Positions 27,820-37,416 of a stretch of 41,263 nucleotides of DNA are shown one piece after another. Both the position numbers and the translations under genes were made by a program. Numbering within the stretch: position 1 is the first letter of the stretch; the number at the start of each line of letters is the position of its first letter. The notes beneath the pieces were generated by a model. The model saw only the letters and a program-made list of their open reading frames with translations. It did not search any database and was not told where the DNA came from. Source of the DNA: Deltaproteobacteria bacterium (GTDB lineage: Bacteria > Desulfobacterota > Desulfuromonadia > Desulfuromonadales > JAAYDE01); the NCBI GenBank assembly GCA_016926265.1, contig JAFGOW010000101.1, positions 1 to 41,263 on the forward strand, read 5' to 3'.

Positions 27820-28682
27820 TGGCCGCGCGAAAGCTGTTCGTTCTGATTCTGATTGTTTTTGTCGGCGCCGGAGTGCATGTTGGTCTGAGCCGCAAGGTCT
27901 GGGAAAATCGCCAGGAGGTGCGCCGCACCACCCAGACAGGCTATGTCTTCCCGAGCCAGTTCGCCCGGATACTGGCACTGGGGCACAAGGGACTCTATGC
28001 CGATTATCTGTTTCTGAATACCCTCACCTTTTTCGGTGAAAGGCAGATGTACCGGGAAAACCTGACCAAGGAGGATTGGGACTATCTGGTGGCCGGGTTG
28101 GACACCGTGACCGATCTCGATCCCTATTTTCTTGATCCCTATGTTCTGGGGGCGAGTTTGTTGACTTGGGATATCAGGCGATTTGATGATGCCAACCGGC
28201 TGCTGGAGAAGGGGACCAGGCACCGCACCTGGGATTGGCGGTTGCCTTACTATCTGGGATTCAACCACTTTTATTTCCTGAAGGACTACAACAAGGGGGC
28301 CGAGTACCTGATGGAGGCCAGCCGCCGGCCCCAAAGTCCGAGTTTCCTGCCCACGCTTGCAGCCCGTCTCAGCTACTACGGCGACCAAGCCAGAACCGGC
28401 ATTCTTTTCCTGATGGCGCTGATCAGCCAGACCAAAGACGAAAGGCTCAGGAATTCACTTCTGATAAGGAAACAGGCTTTGGAGGGGGCCGCTCTGATCG
28501 AGGAGCGCATCGAGCGTTTCCGGAAGGAGCGGGGACGGGCTCCAGGGGATATCAATGAACTGCTCAAGGAAGGCTACATTGAACAACTTCCCGAGGAACC
28601 TTACGGCGGAAAATGGCTGATCCTGCCCACGGGCCGGGTTTTCAGCACCAGCAAATTTGTGGCTCCACCCAAGAAGAAATAA
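27819..28682 (+). CDS. Membrane-anchored TPR-like protein (XapA / PilG-like) with GspG-like C-terminus
   Basis: ATG overlaps the permease TGA; N-terminal TM; LDP.F..PY and W..PYYLGF..FYFLKDY..GA.Y helical repeats; C-terminal F....G..P..I..L...GYI..LP.EPYGG.W. Confidence 0.75.
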   Translation: MAARKLFVLILIVFVGAGVHVGLSRKVWENRQEVRRTTQTGYVFPSQFARILALGHKGLYADYLFLNTLTFFGERQMYRENLTKEDWDYLVAGLDTVTDLDPYFLDPYVLGASLLTWDIRRFDDANRLLEKGTRHRTWDWRLPYYLGFNHFYFLKDYNKGAEYLMEASRRPQSPSFLPTLAARLSYYGDQARTGILFLMALISQTKDERLRNSLLIRKQALEGAALIEERIERFRKERGRAPGDINELLKEGYIEQLPEEPYGGKWLILPTGRVFSTSKFVAPPKKK

Positions 28683-28695
28683 CGGTCTGCCTGCC

Positions 28696-29067
28696 GTGAC
28701 ATCTGTCGCCCTGATTCTCCTCGCCCACGGCTCCCGCCTTGCCGAGGCCAACGATGCCACCCTCGCCTTGGCCGCGGAGGTCCGGAGCCAGTGCCGTTTC
28801 GAGCGGGTCGAGGCGGCTTTTCTGGAGCATGGTCTCCCCACCCTTTCGGAGGCCATCGATGGCTGCGTGCGCTCCGGCGCCGAGCGCATTCTGATCTTTC
28901 CCCATTTTCTCACCCCCGGCGTCCACCTCCGGCGCGACCTGCCCGAGGCGGTCGCCGAGGCCCGGCGCTGCCATCCCCATACTCCCATCCTCGTCACTCC
29001 GGCGCTTTTTGATTCTTCCGGCCTGCCCCAGGCCATCCTCCAACTGGTCGGGGGGGAAAAGGGATGA
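28696..29067 (+). CDS. cbiX: Short sirohydrochlorin chelatase (CbiX/SirB family)
   Basis: LAHGSR, AFLE...P, PHFLTPGVHLRRDLP; start uncertain (GTG 28696). Confidence 0.8.
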   Translation: MTSVALILLAHGSRLAEANDATLALAAEVRSQCRFERVEAAFLEHGLPTLSEAIDGCVRSGAERILIFPHFLTPGVHLRRDLPEAVAEARRCHPHTPILVTPALFDSSGLPQAILQLVGGEKG

Positions 29068-29172
29068 AAGGCGCCAACGGCTTCCTTCTTCGCTCGGGCA
29101 GTTGAATTCTCGCGGTTTTCCGTATATTGTTAGACATCTTCAATTCTTGCGGGGGACCAAAAAGGGGAACGA

Positions 29173-30384
29173 ATGGCCGGAGTGGTGGTGGTGGGGGCCG
29201 GGGTTCAGGGTCAGGAAGGTTTCAGCCGCAAGGCCCTGGAAGCGGTCGGCCAGGCCGAGGTGCTGGCGGGTAGGCCGCACCATCTGGCGCTGTTCCCGGA
29301 TTTTCCGGGGGAAAAGGTCGTGTTCCACGACGGCCCCGCCGAGATCATGGAATTTCTGCGGACCACGGAGCGGAAGGTGGCGGTGCTGTCATCAGGCGAT
29401 CCGCTTTTCTTCGGTCTCGGTAGCCAACTGCTCCGCAACCTGCCCGAAGAGCTGCTGGAATTCGTTCCCAACGTCAGCTCCGTCCAGTACGCCTTTGCCA
29501 AGATCCGCATCCCCTGGGAGGATGCCGTCTTTGTCTCCCTGATCGGGCGCGATCTGCGGACCGAGATCGACCGCATCGTGGCCGCCGACAAGGTTGCGGT
29601 CCTCACCGACCGGGTCAACACCCCGCAGGCGGTGGCCGCCGAGCTGAGCGCCCTGGGGCGGGAAGGCTACAAGGTCTTTCTGTGCGAGAATCTGGGGTCG
29701 GAGCGGGAGCGCATCGTCGTCACCAATGTCTGCGGGCTCCGCGACATGAAGGCGGCCGACCCCAATCTGGCGATTTTCATCCGGGAATACGATGGCGGCG
29801 GCGAACCCTGCCGGCCGGTGCTGGGGGTTGCCGACGAAGAGTTCCGGCTGCCGCGCCACATCATCACCCCGGAGGAGATCCGGGTGCTGGTCCTGGCCAA
29901 GCTGCGGCTGCGGCAGGGGGACACCCTGTGGGATATCGGCGCTGGTTCCGGTTCCGTCAGCATCGAGGCCGACAACCTGACCCGCAGCGGTCGCATCTTC
30001 GCCATCGAGAAGGATCCGGAGCGGGTCGAGCTGCTCCGGGGCAATCTGCGCCGCCTGCATTGCCGCAAGGTGGTCGTTGTCGCGGGGTCCGCGCCGGACT
30101 GCCTGGAGCAGCTGCCCGACCCGGACCGGGTGTTCGTCGGCGGTTCGGGGGGCCGTCTCCAGGAGGTGCTGGAGGCGGTGGAGGCGCGGCTGCGCCCCGG
30201 CGGCAGGGTGGTGGTCAATGCCGCCGCTCTGGAAACCCTCTTCGTCGCCAGCGAGTTTTTCGAGAAGGCCGGCTGCCGGCTGGAGGTCACGGCGGTCAAC
30301 ATCTCGCGGACCAATCCCGCGACCGATTACAAGGTTTTTGAGCCTCTGCCGCCGGTTCATCTGATCCTGGCGGAAAAGCTCTGA
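29173..30384 (+). CDS. cbiET: Precorrin-6Y C5,15-methyltransferase (decarboxylating), CbiE-CbiT fusion
   Basis: SGDPLFFG, PNVSSVQYAFA, ENLG...ER, WDIGAGSGSVSIE, PDRVFVGGSGG. Confidence 0.9.
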   Translation: MAGVVVVGAGVQGQEGFSRKALEAVGQAEVLAGRPHHLALFPDFPGEKVVFHDGPAEIMEFLRTTERKVAVLSSGDPLFFGLGSQLLRNLPEELLEFVPNVSSVQYAFAKIRIPWEDAVFVSLIGRDLRTEIDRIVAADKVAVLTDRVNTPQAVAAELSALGREGYKVFLCENLGSERERIVVTNVCGLRDMKAADPNLAIFIREYDGGGEPCRPVLGVADEEFRLPRHIITPEEIRVLVLAKLRLRQGDTLWDIGAGSGSVSIEADNLTRSGRIFAIEKDPERVELLRGNLRRLHCRKVVVVAGSAPDCLEQLPDPDRVFVGGSGGRLQEVLEAVEARLRPGGRVVVNAAALETLFVASEFFEKAGCRLEVTAVNISRTNPATDYKVFEPLPPVHLILAEKL

Positions 30385-30552
30385 AGAGGTCCTTTTTCCT
30401 TGGCATTCATTTTGAATGAAAAGGCTTTGGAACTAAAACCGTGAAGGCTTTGCCGCCGGCCGTGCGTGAAAGCGGTGGGGTTTTTTGCCGCGGCGTCACC
30501 CGCTGGGCGATTTCTTCCACCGGGAATTAATATTTCATTGGGGGGTAGATTT

Positions 30553-31134
30553 ATGTTTATTGAAGGTTTGTCCATGGATGTGGTGATTCTGTATGTGCTC
30601 AACAATTGGCCGGCTCTCTTTCTCCTGCTGGCGCTGCTCCTGATGATTTTCCGGGTCGGCGCCAAAAGCAACCGCCTGGAGCAGGAAGTGGGGATGTTGC
30701 GGGCGCGCCTCAACGAACTGATGATGATGTTCGGGGAAATGCAGAGGATGCCGCTGCCGAGCCGGGCCGAAGCGAAGAGGGAGCCGCGCCCCGAACCCCG
30801 GCCGCCACAGCCCGAGGTCAAGGCGGCCCCGCAGCCGGAGCAGAAAGAACCGCCGCGGCCGGAGCCGGCGCCTCCGATGCCCAAACCCGAGCCGCCCCCT
30901 GTGGAACCATCCAGCGCTCCGATTCAGCAAGAGGCGGCGCCGGATTTTTCCATCGAGGCGCCCCCGGAGGCTGCCGTGCCCGTGCCCCCCGCGGCGCCGG
31001 CGGCGCCCAAGCCCGATGCCGATCGGGCCGTGGTCCCCTGCGCCAACTGCGGCAACAAGCTGGCCTACAAGAAAGAACTCGCGGGCAAGAAAGTGCGCTG
31101 CCCGTCGTGCAAGTCGGTGGTGGCGCTGCCGTGA
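30553..31134 (+). CDS. Membrane-anchored protein with Pro-rich linker and C-terminal zinc ribbon
   Basis: TM (WPALFLLLALLLMIF), short coiled coil, about 95-aa Pro/Glu/Ala linker, CANC-x15-CPSC. Start may be ATG 30553 or 30574. Confidence 0.75.
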   Translation: MFIEGLSMDVVILYVLNNWPALFLLLALLLMIFRVGAKSNRLEQEVGMLRARLNELMMMFGEMQRMPLPSRAEAKREPRPEPRPPQPEVKAAPQPEQKEPPRPEPAPPMPKPEPPPVEPSSAPIQQEAAPDFSIEAPPEAAVPVPPAAPAAPKPDADRAVVPCANCGNKLAYKKELAGKKVRCPSCKSVVALP

Positions 31135-31151
31135 CGGATATTTGAATAAAG

Positions 31152-31198
31152 ACGAAAAAAAGCCGGGGCGGTCGGAAAACCGCCCCGGCTTTTTTCGT
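31152..31198. terminator. Bidirectional intrinsic terminator
   Basis: acgaaaaaaagccggggcggt-cggaaa-accgccccggcttttttcgt between convergent genes. Confidence 0.88.
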
Positions 31199-31212
31199 TG
31201 CGCGCCGGCTTG

Positions 31213-33276
31213 TCAGAATCCGAACCGCTCCTGATCCTCCTTGGGGGCCGGGCTGAAATGGGAGAACTCCATGGTGAAGGTTCCCCGCCCCTTGGTGGCG
31301 CTGCGCAGCTCTGTCATGTAGCCGAACATCTGGGACAGCGGCACCTCCGCCCGGATCATCTCCGTTTCCCCCCGCGATTCCATCCCTTCGATCCGCCCCC
31401 GTTTCTGCTGCAGCGAGGCCAGCACCTTGCCGGAGAATTCGGAAGGGCTCACGATCTCCAGTGCCATGATCGGTTCCAACAGGGTCGGGGAGGCTTCCCC
31501 CGCCGCCAGCGAAAAACCTCTCTGCGCCGCCGCCCGGATTCCCATCTCGGTGGTGATTCCGGGGACGAAGGGCGCTTCCAGCACCGCGATCTCCAGGTCG
31601 GTGAGGGGATAGCCGCTGCGGATCCCGGTCTGGCAGCTTTTTTCGAGACCGTCCTGCAGGGCGTGCCGCAATTCCGGCGGCAGCTGGATCTTTTCGTTTT
31701 CGGGGACGTTGACCCGGACGCCGGAACCCCGTTTCAACGGGGCGATGCTGAAGCGGATCTCCCCCTTCTGCGACTTTCCTTCGGTGTCGATTTCAAAGAC
31801 CTCATGCCGGGTCACCGCTTTCTGGATGGTTTCCCGGTAGACGACCTGGGGGCGGCCGGTTTTGACCGCGACGCCGAAATCGTCGGCCAGCCGCCGGGCG
31901 ACGACCTCCAGGTGGAGTTCCCCCATGCCGCTCAGGATGGTCTGGCCCGTGTCCCGGTCCTCGCGGACCTTGAAGGTGGGGTCTTCCCACTGGAGTTTTT
32001 CCAGGGAGGGGAGAAGCTTTTCCCGGTCCTCCACGGTGCGGCTTTCCACCGCCAGCGAGACGACCGGCTCGGGGATGTTGAGGCCGGACAGCACCAGCGG
32101 GTGGCCGGGGGCGCAGAGGGTGTCGCCGGTCAGGGCCTCCTTGAGGCCGGAAGCGGTGACGATATCTCCGGCCTGAGCCTCCTCGATCCGGTCCCGTTTG
32201 TGGGAGTGCATCCGGAACAGGCGCGCGACCTTCTCCTGATGGTTGCGGGTGGCGTTGAGAACGGTGTCCCCCACCTTGATTTTCCCCGAGTAGATGCGGA
32301 GATAGGTCAGTTTGCGCCCTTCGTCGGAGAGCACCTTGAAGGCCATGGCGCAGAACGGCCCCTTGGGATCGCAGGCCAGCTCCTCCGTAGCGCCGGTGGC
32401 GGGGTGGGCGGCCATGACCGGAGGCACGTCGAGGGGGGAGGGGAGGTAGCAGCCGACGGCGTCCAGGAGCGGCTGGATTCCCTTGTTGCGAAGCGCGGCG
32501 CCGAGGAACACGGGGCAGATTTTTCCTTCCAGGACCCCTTTTCTCAGGGCTGTCCGCAGCCGTTCGGCGGGTATGGGGTTTCCTTCCAGGAAATCGGCCA
32601 GGATGGTGTCGTCGAAATCGGCGGCGGTTTCCAGGAGCTGTTCGCGGGCTTGGGCCAGTTCCTCCTTGAGAGTCTCCGGGACCGGCTCCGTCACCGGGAA
32701 ATGGCTCTCCTCCGGATCGGGGAAGGAGAGCGCCGTCTCGGTCAGCAGATCGACGACGCCGCGGAACTGGGTTTCGGAGCCGATCGGCAGCTGCATCAGG
32801 ACCGGGCGGGCGCCGAGCCGCGCCCGGATCTGATCGAGGACCGCCCGATGGTCGGCGCCGACGCGATCCATCTTGTTGATGAGGCAGATGCGGGGAACCT
32901 GGTAGCGGTCCGCCTGCCGCCACACCGACTCGCTCTGGGGCTGGACCCCTTCCACGCCGCTGAAGATGGCCACGGCGCCGTCCAGCACCCGCAGGGAACG
33001 CTCCACCTCGATGGTGAAATCGATATGGCCGGGGGTGTCGATCAGATTGATCCAGTAATCGCCCCACTGGCAGGTGGTATTGCTGGCGGTGATGGTGATC
33101 CCCCGCTCCTGTTCCTGCACCATCCAGTCCATGGTCGCGGCCCCTTCATGGACCTCGCCGATCTTGTGGATTTTGCCGCTGTAGAAAAGGATCCGTTCTG
33201 AAACGGTGGTTTTCCCGGCGTCGATATGGGAGATGATGCCGATGTTGCGGAGGCTTTTCAACGGGGGGGAACTCAT
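31213..33276 (-). CDS. fusA: Elongation factor G paralog (divergent domain IV)
   Basis: [57 protein letters not shown]; not in the rpsL-rpsG-tuf operon. Confidence 0.88.
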   Translation of the reverse strand: MSSPPLKSLRNIGIISHIDAGKTTVSERILFYSGKIHKIGEVHEGAATMDWMVQEQERGITITASNTTCQWGDYWINLIDTPGHIDFTIEVERSLRVLDGAVAIFSGVEGVQPQSESVWRQADRYQVPRICLINKMDRVGADHRAVLDQIRARLGARPVLMQLPIGSETQFRGVVDLLTETALSFPDPEESHFPVTEPVPETLKEELAQAREQLLETAADFDDTILADFLEGNPIPAERLRTALRKGVLEGKICPVFLGAALRNKGIQPLLDAVGCYLPSPLDVPPVMAAHPATGATEELACDPKGPFCAMAFKVLSDEGRKLTYLRIYSGKIKVGDTVLNATRNHQEKVARLFRMHSHKRDRIEEAQAGDIVTASGLKEALTGDTLCAPGHPLVLSGLNIPEPVVSLAVESRTVEDREKLLPSLEKLQWEDPTFKVREDRDTGQTILSGMGELHLEVVARRLADDFGVAVKTGRPQVVYRETIQKAVTRHEVFEIDTEGKSQKGEIRFSIAPLKRGSGVRVNVPENEKIQLPPELRHALQDGLEKSCQTGIRSGYPLTDLEIAVLEAPFVPGITTEMGIRAAAQRGFSLAAGEASPTLLEPIMALEIVSPSEFSGKVLASLQQKRGRIEGMESRGETEMIRAEVPLSQMFGYMTELRSATKGRGTFTMEFSHFSPAPKEDQERFGF

Positions 33277-33367
33277 GGGGTCGTCCTCGCTTGAAATGGA
33301 ATTTTTCGGCCCGCGGACCGAAAGGGCACATCCAGCCGCAAAGCAAGCGGAATTTATTCAGGCTGTC

Positions 33368-33395
33368 AGTATAACGGATTGAAATATCAAGGCAA
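33368..33395 (-). promoter_or_regulatory. Possible sigma70 promoter of the EF-G paralog
   Basis: Minus strand TTGCCT-N16-TATACT. Confidence 0.4.
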
Positions 33396-33496
33396 GGAGT
33401 AAACCCATAAGCGTGCCTCGGACGTCTCCGCGGCCGGGAAAATGGGGGGAGAAAAAGAGCGCCTTGGTCCGATTTTTCCGGACCGGGGCGGCAGGA

Positions 33497-33558
33497 GACA
33501 TAAAATGTCACCCAAAGGCAACGGCTCTGTTGTCGAAGCTAAAAAAATGGTGTAAAGT
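33497..33558 (+). promoter_or_regulatory. Dyad GACAT-N3-ATGTC plus possible sigma70 promoter
   Basis: Perfect 5-3-5 inverted repeat (33497-33509) upstream of TTGTCG-N17-TAAAGT (33530-33558). Confidence 0.4.
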
Positions 33559-33634
33559 CCATCGAAGCAGCCAATCAACGGGGTCAATCACCGGGGCGGG
33601 AACCGATACCGTTTCCAGGGAACAGAGGGGGGAG

Positions 33635-35071
33635 ATGTCCTTGCGCACGATTTTGCTGGTGGATGGAAACCGTCATGAAAGAGAGCGGGTTGTGGTGCCG
33701 CTCCGGAAAGAGATCGACTGCGTTGTTCTGGAAGCGGAAAACCCCGAGATTGCCTTGGAAATTCTCGACAAGGAGCGGATTTCCCTGCTTTTGACGGATC
33801 TTTTCCTGCCTCAGAAGGAGGGCTTGGAGCTGATCCGGAAGGTTCAGAAGGTGGACCCCGAGGTGGTTTCCATGGCGGTTGTTCCTCTCAACAACCGGGA
33901 AATGGAAGTGGAGGCTCTGAAACTGGGGGCCTTTTTCTATATCCATACCCCCTACGATTTTTCCGAGGCCGTGATCGGCTCTTCACGGGCCTTGAGTTTT
34001 CATGATCTGCAGCTTCACGGTGAAACGCGGGGGGCTCAAATCCGCAAGCGGGACGGCTTTTTCGGCATCATCGGCCAATCCCCGGCCATGGAAAAACTTT
34101 ACCGGGTCGTGGAACGGGTGGCGGCGGACGGCGAATCGACGGTTCTGCTGTACGGGGAAAGCGGCACCGGCAAGGAACTTTTTGCCCGCGCCATTCATGG
34201 TTTGAGCCCCCGCAAGGGGAAAAACCTGGTTCCCGTCAACTGTGCCGCCATCCCCGATGAGTTGCTGGAGAGCGAACTGTTCGGCTATGTCAAGGGGGCC
34301 TTCACCGGCGCGGTCCAATCAAAGATCGGCCGCATTCAGTACGCCGACGGAGGAACGCTGTTCCTGGATGAAATCGGGGACATGAAACCGAATCTGCAGG
34401 CCAAGCTGCTGCGGGTGCTGCAGGAGCGGGAATTCGAACCGGTGGGCGCCGTCAAGTCGGTCCCCGTCGATGTCCGGGTGGTGGCGGCCACCCACCGGGA
34501 TCTGGAAAAGCTGGTGGAGGATGGGAAGTTCCGCGAGGATCTCTATTACCGCCTCAACGTGGTTCCCCTCACCATCCCGCCGTTGCGGGACCGGGATGAT
34601 GACATCCCCGAACTGGTGGATCAGTTTGTCCGGTGCTTCAGCCGCAACCGCAACCTGGGCGAAACCTGCTTTGAGCCGGAGGTCATCCAATCGTTGCGAG
34701 GATACCGCTGGCCGGGAAATGTGCGGGAACTGAAGAACCTGGTTCAGAGGATGGTGGTTCTGCATGGCGGTGAATCGATCACCCTCGATCTGCTTCCCGA
34801 GAAATACGGCGTTCCGGCCGGGGGCGGCAATGGCCGCGAACTGGAGGAAACGATCGTGGTGGCGCCGCCCCCCCCGAGGGCGGAGGTTTTGGGGCAAGGT
34901 CCCATCGATTTCAATTCCCTGGTGAGTGAGTTCGAGGACCGCCTGATTTTACAGGCCCTGACGCGGACCGGAGGCAATAAGAAGGAGGCCGCGGAACTTC
35001 TGAATCTGAAAAGGACCACTTTGCTGGAAAAGATCAAGAAGAAGGGGATCGACGAGCGCAAGGAAAGCTAA
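33635..35071 (+). CDS. Sigma54 activator with atypical receiver domain (FleQ/FgrM-like)
   Basis: [43 protein letters not shown]; REC degenerate; start ATG 33635. Confidence 0.85.
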   Translation: MSLRTILLVDGNRHERERVVVPLRKEIDCVVLEAENPEIALEILDKERISLLLTDLFLPQKEGLELIRKVQKVDPEVVSMAVVPLNNREMEVEALKLGAFFYIHTPYDFSEAVIGSSRALSFHDLQLHGETRGAQIRKRDGFFGIIGQSPAMEKLYRVVERVAADGESTVLLYGESGTGKELFARAIHGLSPRKGKNLVPVNCAAIPDELLESELFGYVKGAFTGAVQSKIGRIQYADGGTLFLDEIGDMKPNLQAKLLRVLQEREFEPVGAVKSVPVDVRVVAATHRDLEKLVEDGKFREDLYYRLNVVPLTIPPLRDRDDDIPELVDQFVRCFSRNRNLGETCFEPEVIQSLRGYRWPGNVRELKNLVQRMVVLHGGESITLDLLPEKYGVPAGGGNGRELEETIVVAPPPPRAEVLGQGPIDFNSLVSEFEDRLILQALTRTGGNKKEAAELLNLKRTTLLEKIKKKGIDERKES

Positions 35072-35083
35072 CGGCTGCCGAGG

Positions 35084-35112
35084 AAAGCCCGTCCGAGCGA
35101 CGGGCTTTTTTG
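35084..35112 (+). terminator. Intrinsic terminator
   Basis: aaagcccgtc-cgagc-gacgggcttttttg. Confidence 0.8.
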
Positions 35113-35188
35113 TGGCGGGGTTCCGGATGACGCTTTTCAGGGAATCCCTTGCGGACGGCGGCATCCCCGGTGGTTGCCGGCAACGCTG

Positions 35189-36316
35189 TCAGGAAGCCTT
35201 CCGGAACATGTGCTTTTCGGCTTTTTCCTGGATTTCCGCGGTGCTGGCGGGGGTTACCAGAATGTCGCAACTGCCGTATTTGACCGCCTGCAGAACATGG
35301 GCGCGGGTCCATTTGGGGCCGGCGGCAATCAATGGCACCGGATTTGAAGCCGCCGATTTGACCTTGATGGCGGCGGCGAAGCCCTGGTCATCGACCTCCT
35401 TCATGATGAGAAAGATCCCCCGGACCAACCGGGCCTGAAAAATTTCCTTGAATTCTTCTTTGAATCCCTTCAACACGCAGCGATGCCCCCGTGACTCCAG
35501 CGATTCGGCAAAGACCTGAGCTTCTTCCTGAGCATCGGACAGCAGCAGAATAACCTCTTCTTCATCGGCAGCGGCAGCCGGAAGAGCGCTTTCAGGCGCT
35601 TCCGGACCTTCCCCCTTGGCCTCCGGCGGCGGCGCGGTGGGGGCTTCGTCCGGTCCCCGGACTTCGGGGCCGGCGGCGGCTTTCCCGGCAGCGGATGTTT
35701 TCTGGGCGGGCGCTTTCTTCTCTTCGGGTTTGGGAGCGGCCTCGGCGCTTTCGATCCCCAGCAGGGGAGTCGGCAGAATGATGAAAAGGGAACTCAGTTT
35801 CTTGCCGTCCTTTTCCACCGAGAAGGAGGCCATGAACATCTGCTGATCGGGGAAAGGCTGATCGGAGGGGATGTCGATCTTGTTTTTGGCCAGCGTCTCG
35901 AGCCCCGCTTTCGAGAATCGCAGGGCTCCTTCGTACTGGTCGCCGAAGCTTTGGGTCAATGCCCCGGCGATGATGTTGGCGATCTCGCCGAAAGCGTCGT
36001 TTTCCTCGGTGCCAAAGACCTCCTTGCTGATGCGCTGTTCGAGTTCGGTGGCCGGAAGCATGACCAGGGCGCCGGCGAACAGGATGGCATCCTTGATGTC
36101 GGTGAAAAGATAGCACTCCCCCTTGTTGTCCCCCGAGACGGAGAAGCGGGTCATCACCGATTTTTTGGCGAACCTGGAACAGCACTCTTTCTTGGAGATC
36201 AGATTGGTCTCCAGCAGGGTGAGGTGAAGCTGGGCATCGATGAGGAGGCCTACCTCCTCCTCGATCTTTTCCGCCGCCGTTTCAAATACGGAAGTGAGGT
36301 TTTCCAGCTTTTCCAT
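35189..36316 (-). CDS. CheC/FliY-like phosphatase domain fused to a degenerate receiver domain
   Basis: DAFGEIANII (E-x2-N motif); Ala/Pro/Glu linker; C-terminal REC-like fold (VILLLSD...PLIAAG...AVKYGSCDILVTP). Confidence 0.65.
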   Translation of the reverse strand: MEKLENLTSVFETAAEKIEEEVGLLIDAQLHLTLLETNLISKKECCSRFAKKSVMTRFSVSGDNKGECYLFTDIKDAILFAGALVMLPATELEQRISKEVFGTEENDAFGEIANIIAGALTQSFGDQYEGALRFSKAGLETLAKNKIDIPSDQPFPDQQMFMASFSVEKDGKKLSSLFIILPTPLLGIESAEAAPKPEEKKAPAQKTSAAGKAAAGPEVRGPDEAPTAPPPEAKGEGPEAPESALPAAAADEEEVILLLSDAQEEAQVFAESLESRGHRCVLKGFKEEFKEIFQARLVRGIFLIMKEVDDQGFAAAIKVKSAASNPVPLIAAGPKWTRAHVLQAVKYGSCDILVTPASTAEIQEKAEKHMFRKAS

Positions 36317-36450
36317 GAGGCTTCAGAAGGAGCAAAAGGGTTGAAGGATAGTCATTCGCTTCCTTGGGCATTTTGCCGGAAGCCATTGGGGTTTTCAATG
36401 AATATTTTTACAAATTATTGAATTTTTTAAAGAAAATAAATAGGTAAAAT

Positions 36451-36483
36451 AAAAGGGAGAGCCGGACTCCCGCTCCCCCTTTG
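36451..36483 (-). terminator. Probable terminator after cheX
   Basis: Minus strand aaagggggagc...gctctcccttt followed by a T-rich tail; an AT-rich spacer follows. Confidence 0.5.
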
Positions 36484-36507
36484 TCGGCAGTTTGAATGGC
36501 TGGCCTC

Positions 36508-36978
36508 TCATCCGCCGTTCTGTTTTTCGAAATGGAGCTGGATGAGCAACTGGCCCGCTTCGGTCTCGAAGGGAACGATCAGATGGGTTCCCTGGGAGCG
36601 GTTGATGTCGAGGGTATACTTCTCGCCGCTGACCGAGGAAGGGACCGAAAGCTGGATATCCTTGCCGCTGCTGGAGAGCATCGCCTTGATGCTGCCGGCC
36701 AGCATATTGGCCAGTTCTCCGAAGGCGTCGAGGACATCGTCGTTGATTTCGTCCACATCCGTCATCAGGAACTGGGACGTGATTTTCTTGGCCAGGGGGT
36801 AGGGGGCGTGAACCGCCACGATCCCCTTGTAGAGCCCCCCCATCCCGACCATCCCCGAAACCGTTTCCGAAAACGATTCAGGGGGGGTGCCGATCTCGGC
36901 CTGGGGAGCAATCTCCATGGCCAGCATGCTTTGAAACACTTCCTGCGTGGCGTCGGCCAACTGTTGATAGATTTCCAC
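36508..36978 (-). CDS. cheX: CheY-P phosphatase CheX
   Basis: VSGMVGMGG..KG; DAFGELANMLAG; LSVPS; GTG start with RBS. Confidence 0.88.
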   Translation of the reverse strand: MEIYQQLADATQEVFQSMLAMEIAPQAEIGTPPESFSETVSGMVGMGGLYKGIVAVHAPYPLAKKITSQFLMTDVDEINDDVLDAFGELANMLAGSIKAMLSSSGKDIQLSVPSSVSGEKYTLDINRSQGTHLIVPFETEAGQLLIQLHFEKQNGG

Positions 36979-36991
36979 GTCCTCGCTCCTG

Positions 36992-37360
36992 TCAGATGCC
37001 GCCGAGCGTATTCTGAATCTGCTCTGGGGTAAAGGGTTTTTTGATGCTCCCCTTGGCGCCGAGATTGATGGCTTCGTTGATGACGTCGGCTGCCGATTCG
37101 GTGGTGATCATGAACACGGGGATGTTCTTGATCTTATCGTTGGCCTTTTTTTGACGCAGGAATTCGATCCCGTCCATGTTGGGCATGTTGATGTCGCTCA
37201 GGATCACGTCCGGTTTTTCGCTTTCCAGGATTTTCAGGGCCTCCGCGCCGTCCCCCGCTTCCAGGACCTTGTCGTATTCAAGCCCTGCCTGCCGCAGCGA
37301 GCGGCCAATGATTTTTCTCATGGTATTGGAGTCGTCGATGATCAGAATCTGCTTGCCCAT
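36992..37360 (-). CDS. cheY: Single-domain response regulator CheY
   Basis: IIDDS, SDINMPNMDG, MITTE, KKPFT. True start is ATG 37360 inside the longer called ORF. Confidence 0.88.
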   Translation of the reverse strand: MGKQILIIDDSNTMRKIIGRSLRQAGLEYDKVLEAGDGAEALKILESEKPDVILSDINMPNMDGIEFLRQKKANDKIKNIPVFMITTESAADVINEAINLGAKGSIKKPFTPEQIQNTLGGI

Positions 37361-37416
37361 GGTTGCTCTCCTGTTGTGTAAAGAATCGAATCCGTTGGGA
37401 TGGCAAAAAGGTTGGC

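Noticed and set aside
29068-29172. Cobalamin riboswitch upstream of cbiET
   Set aside because: The spacer is only about 105 bp and has no B12 box.
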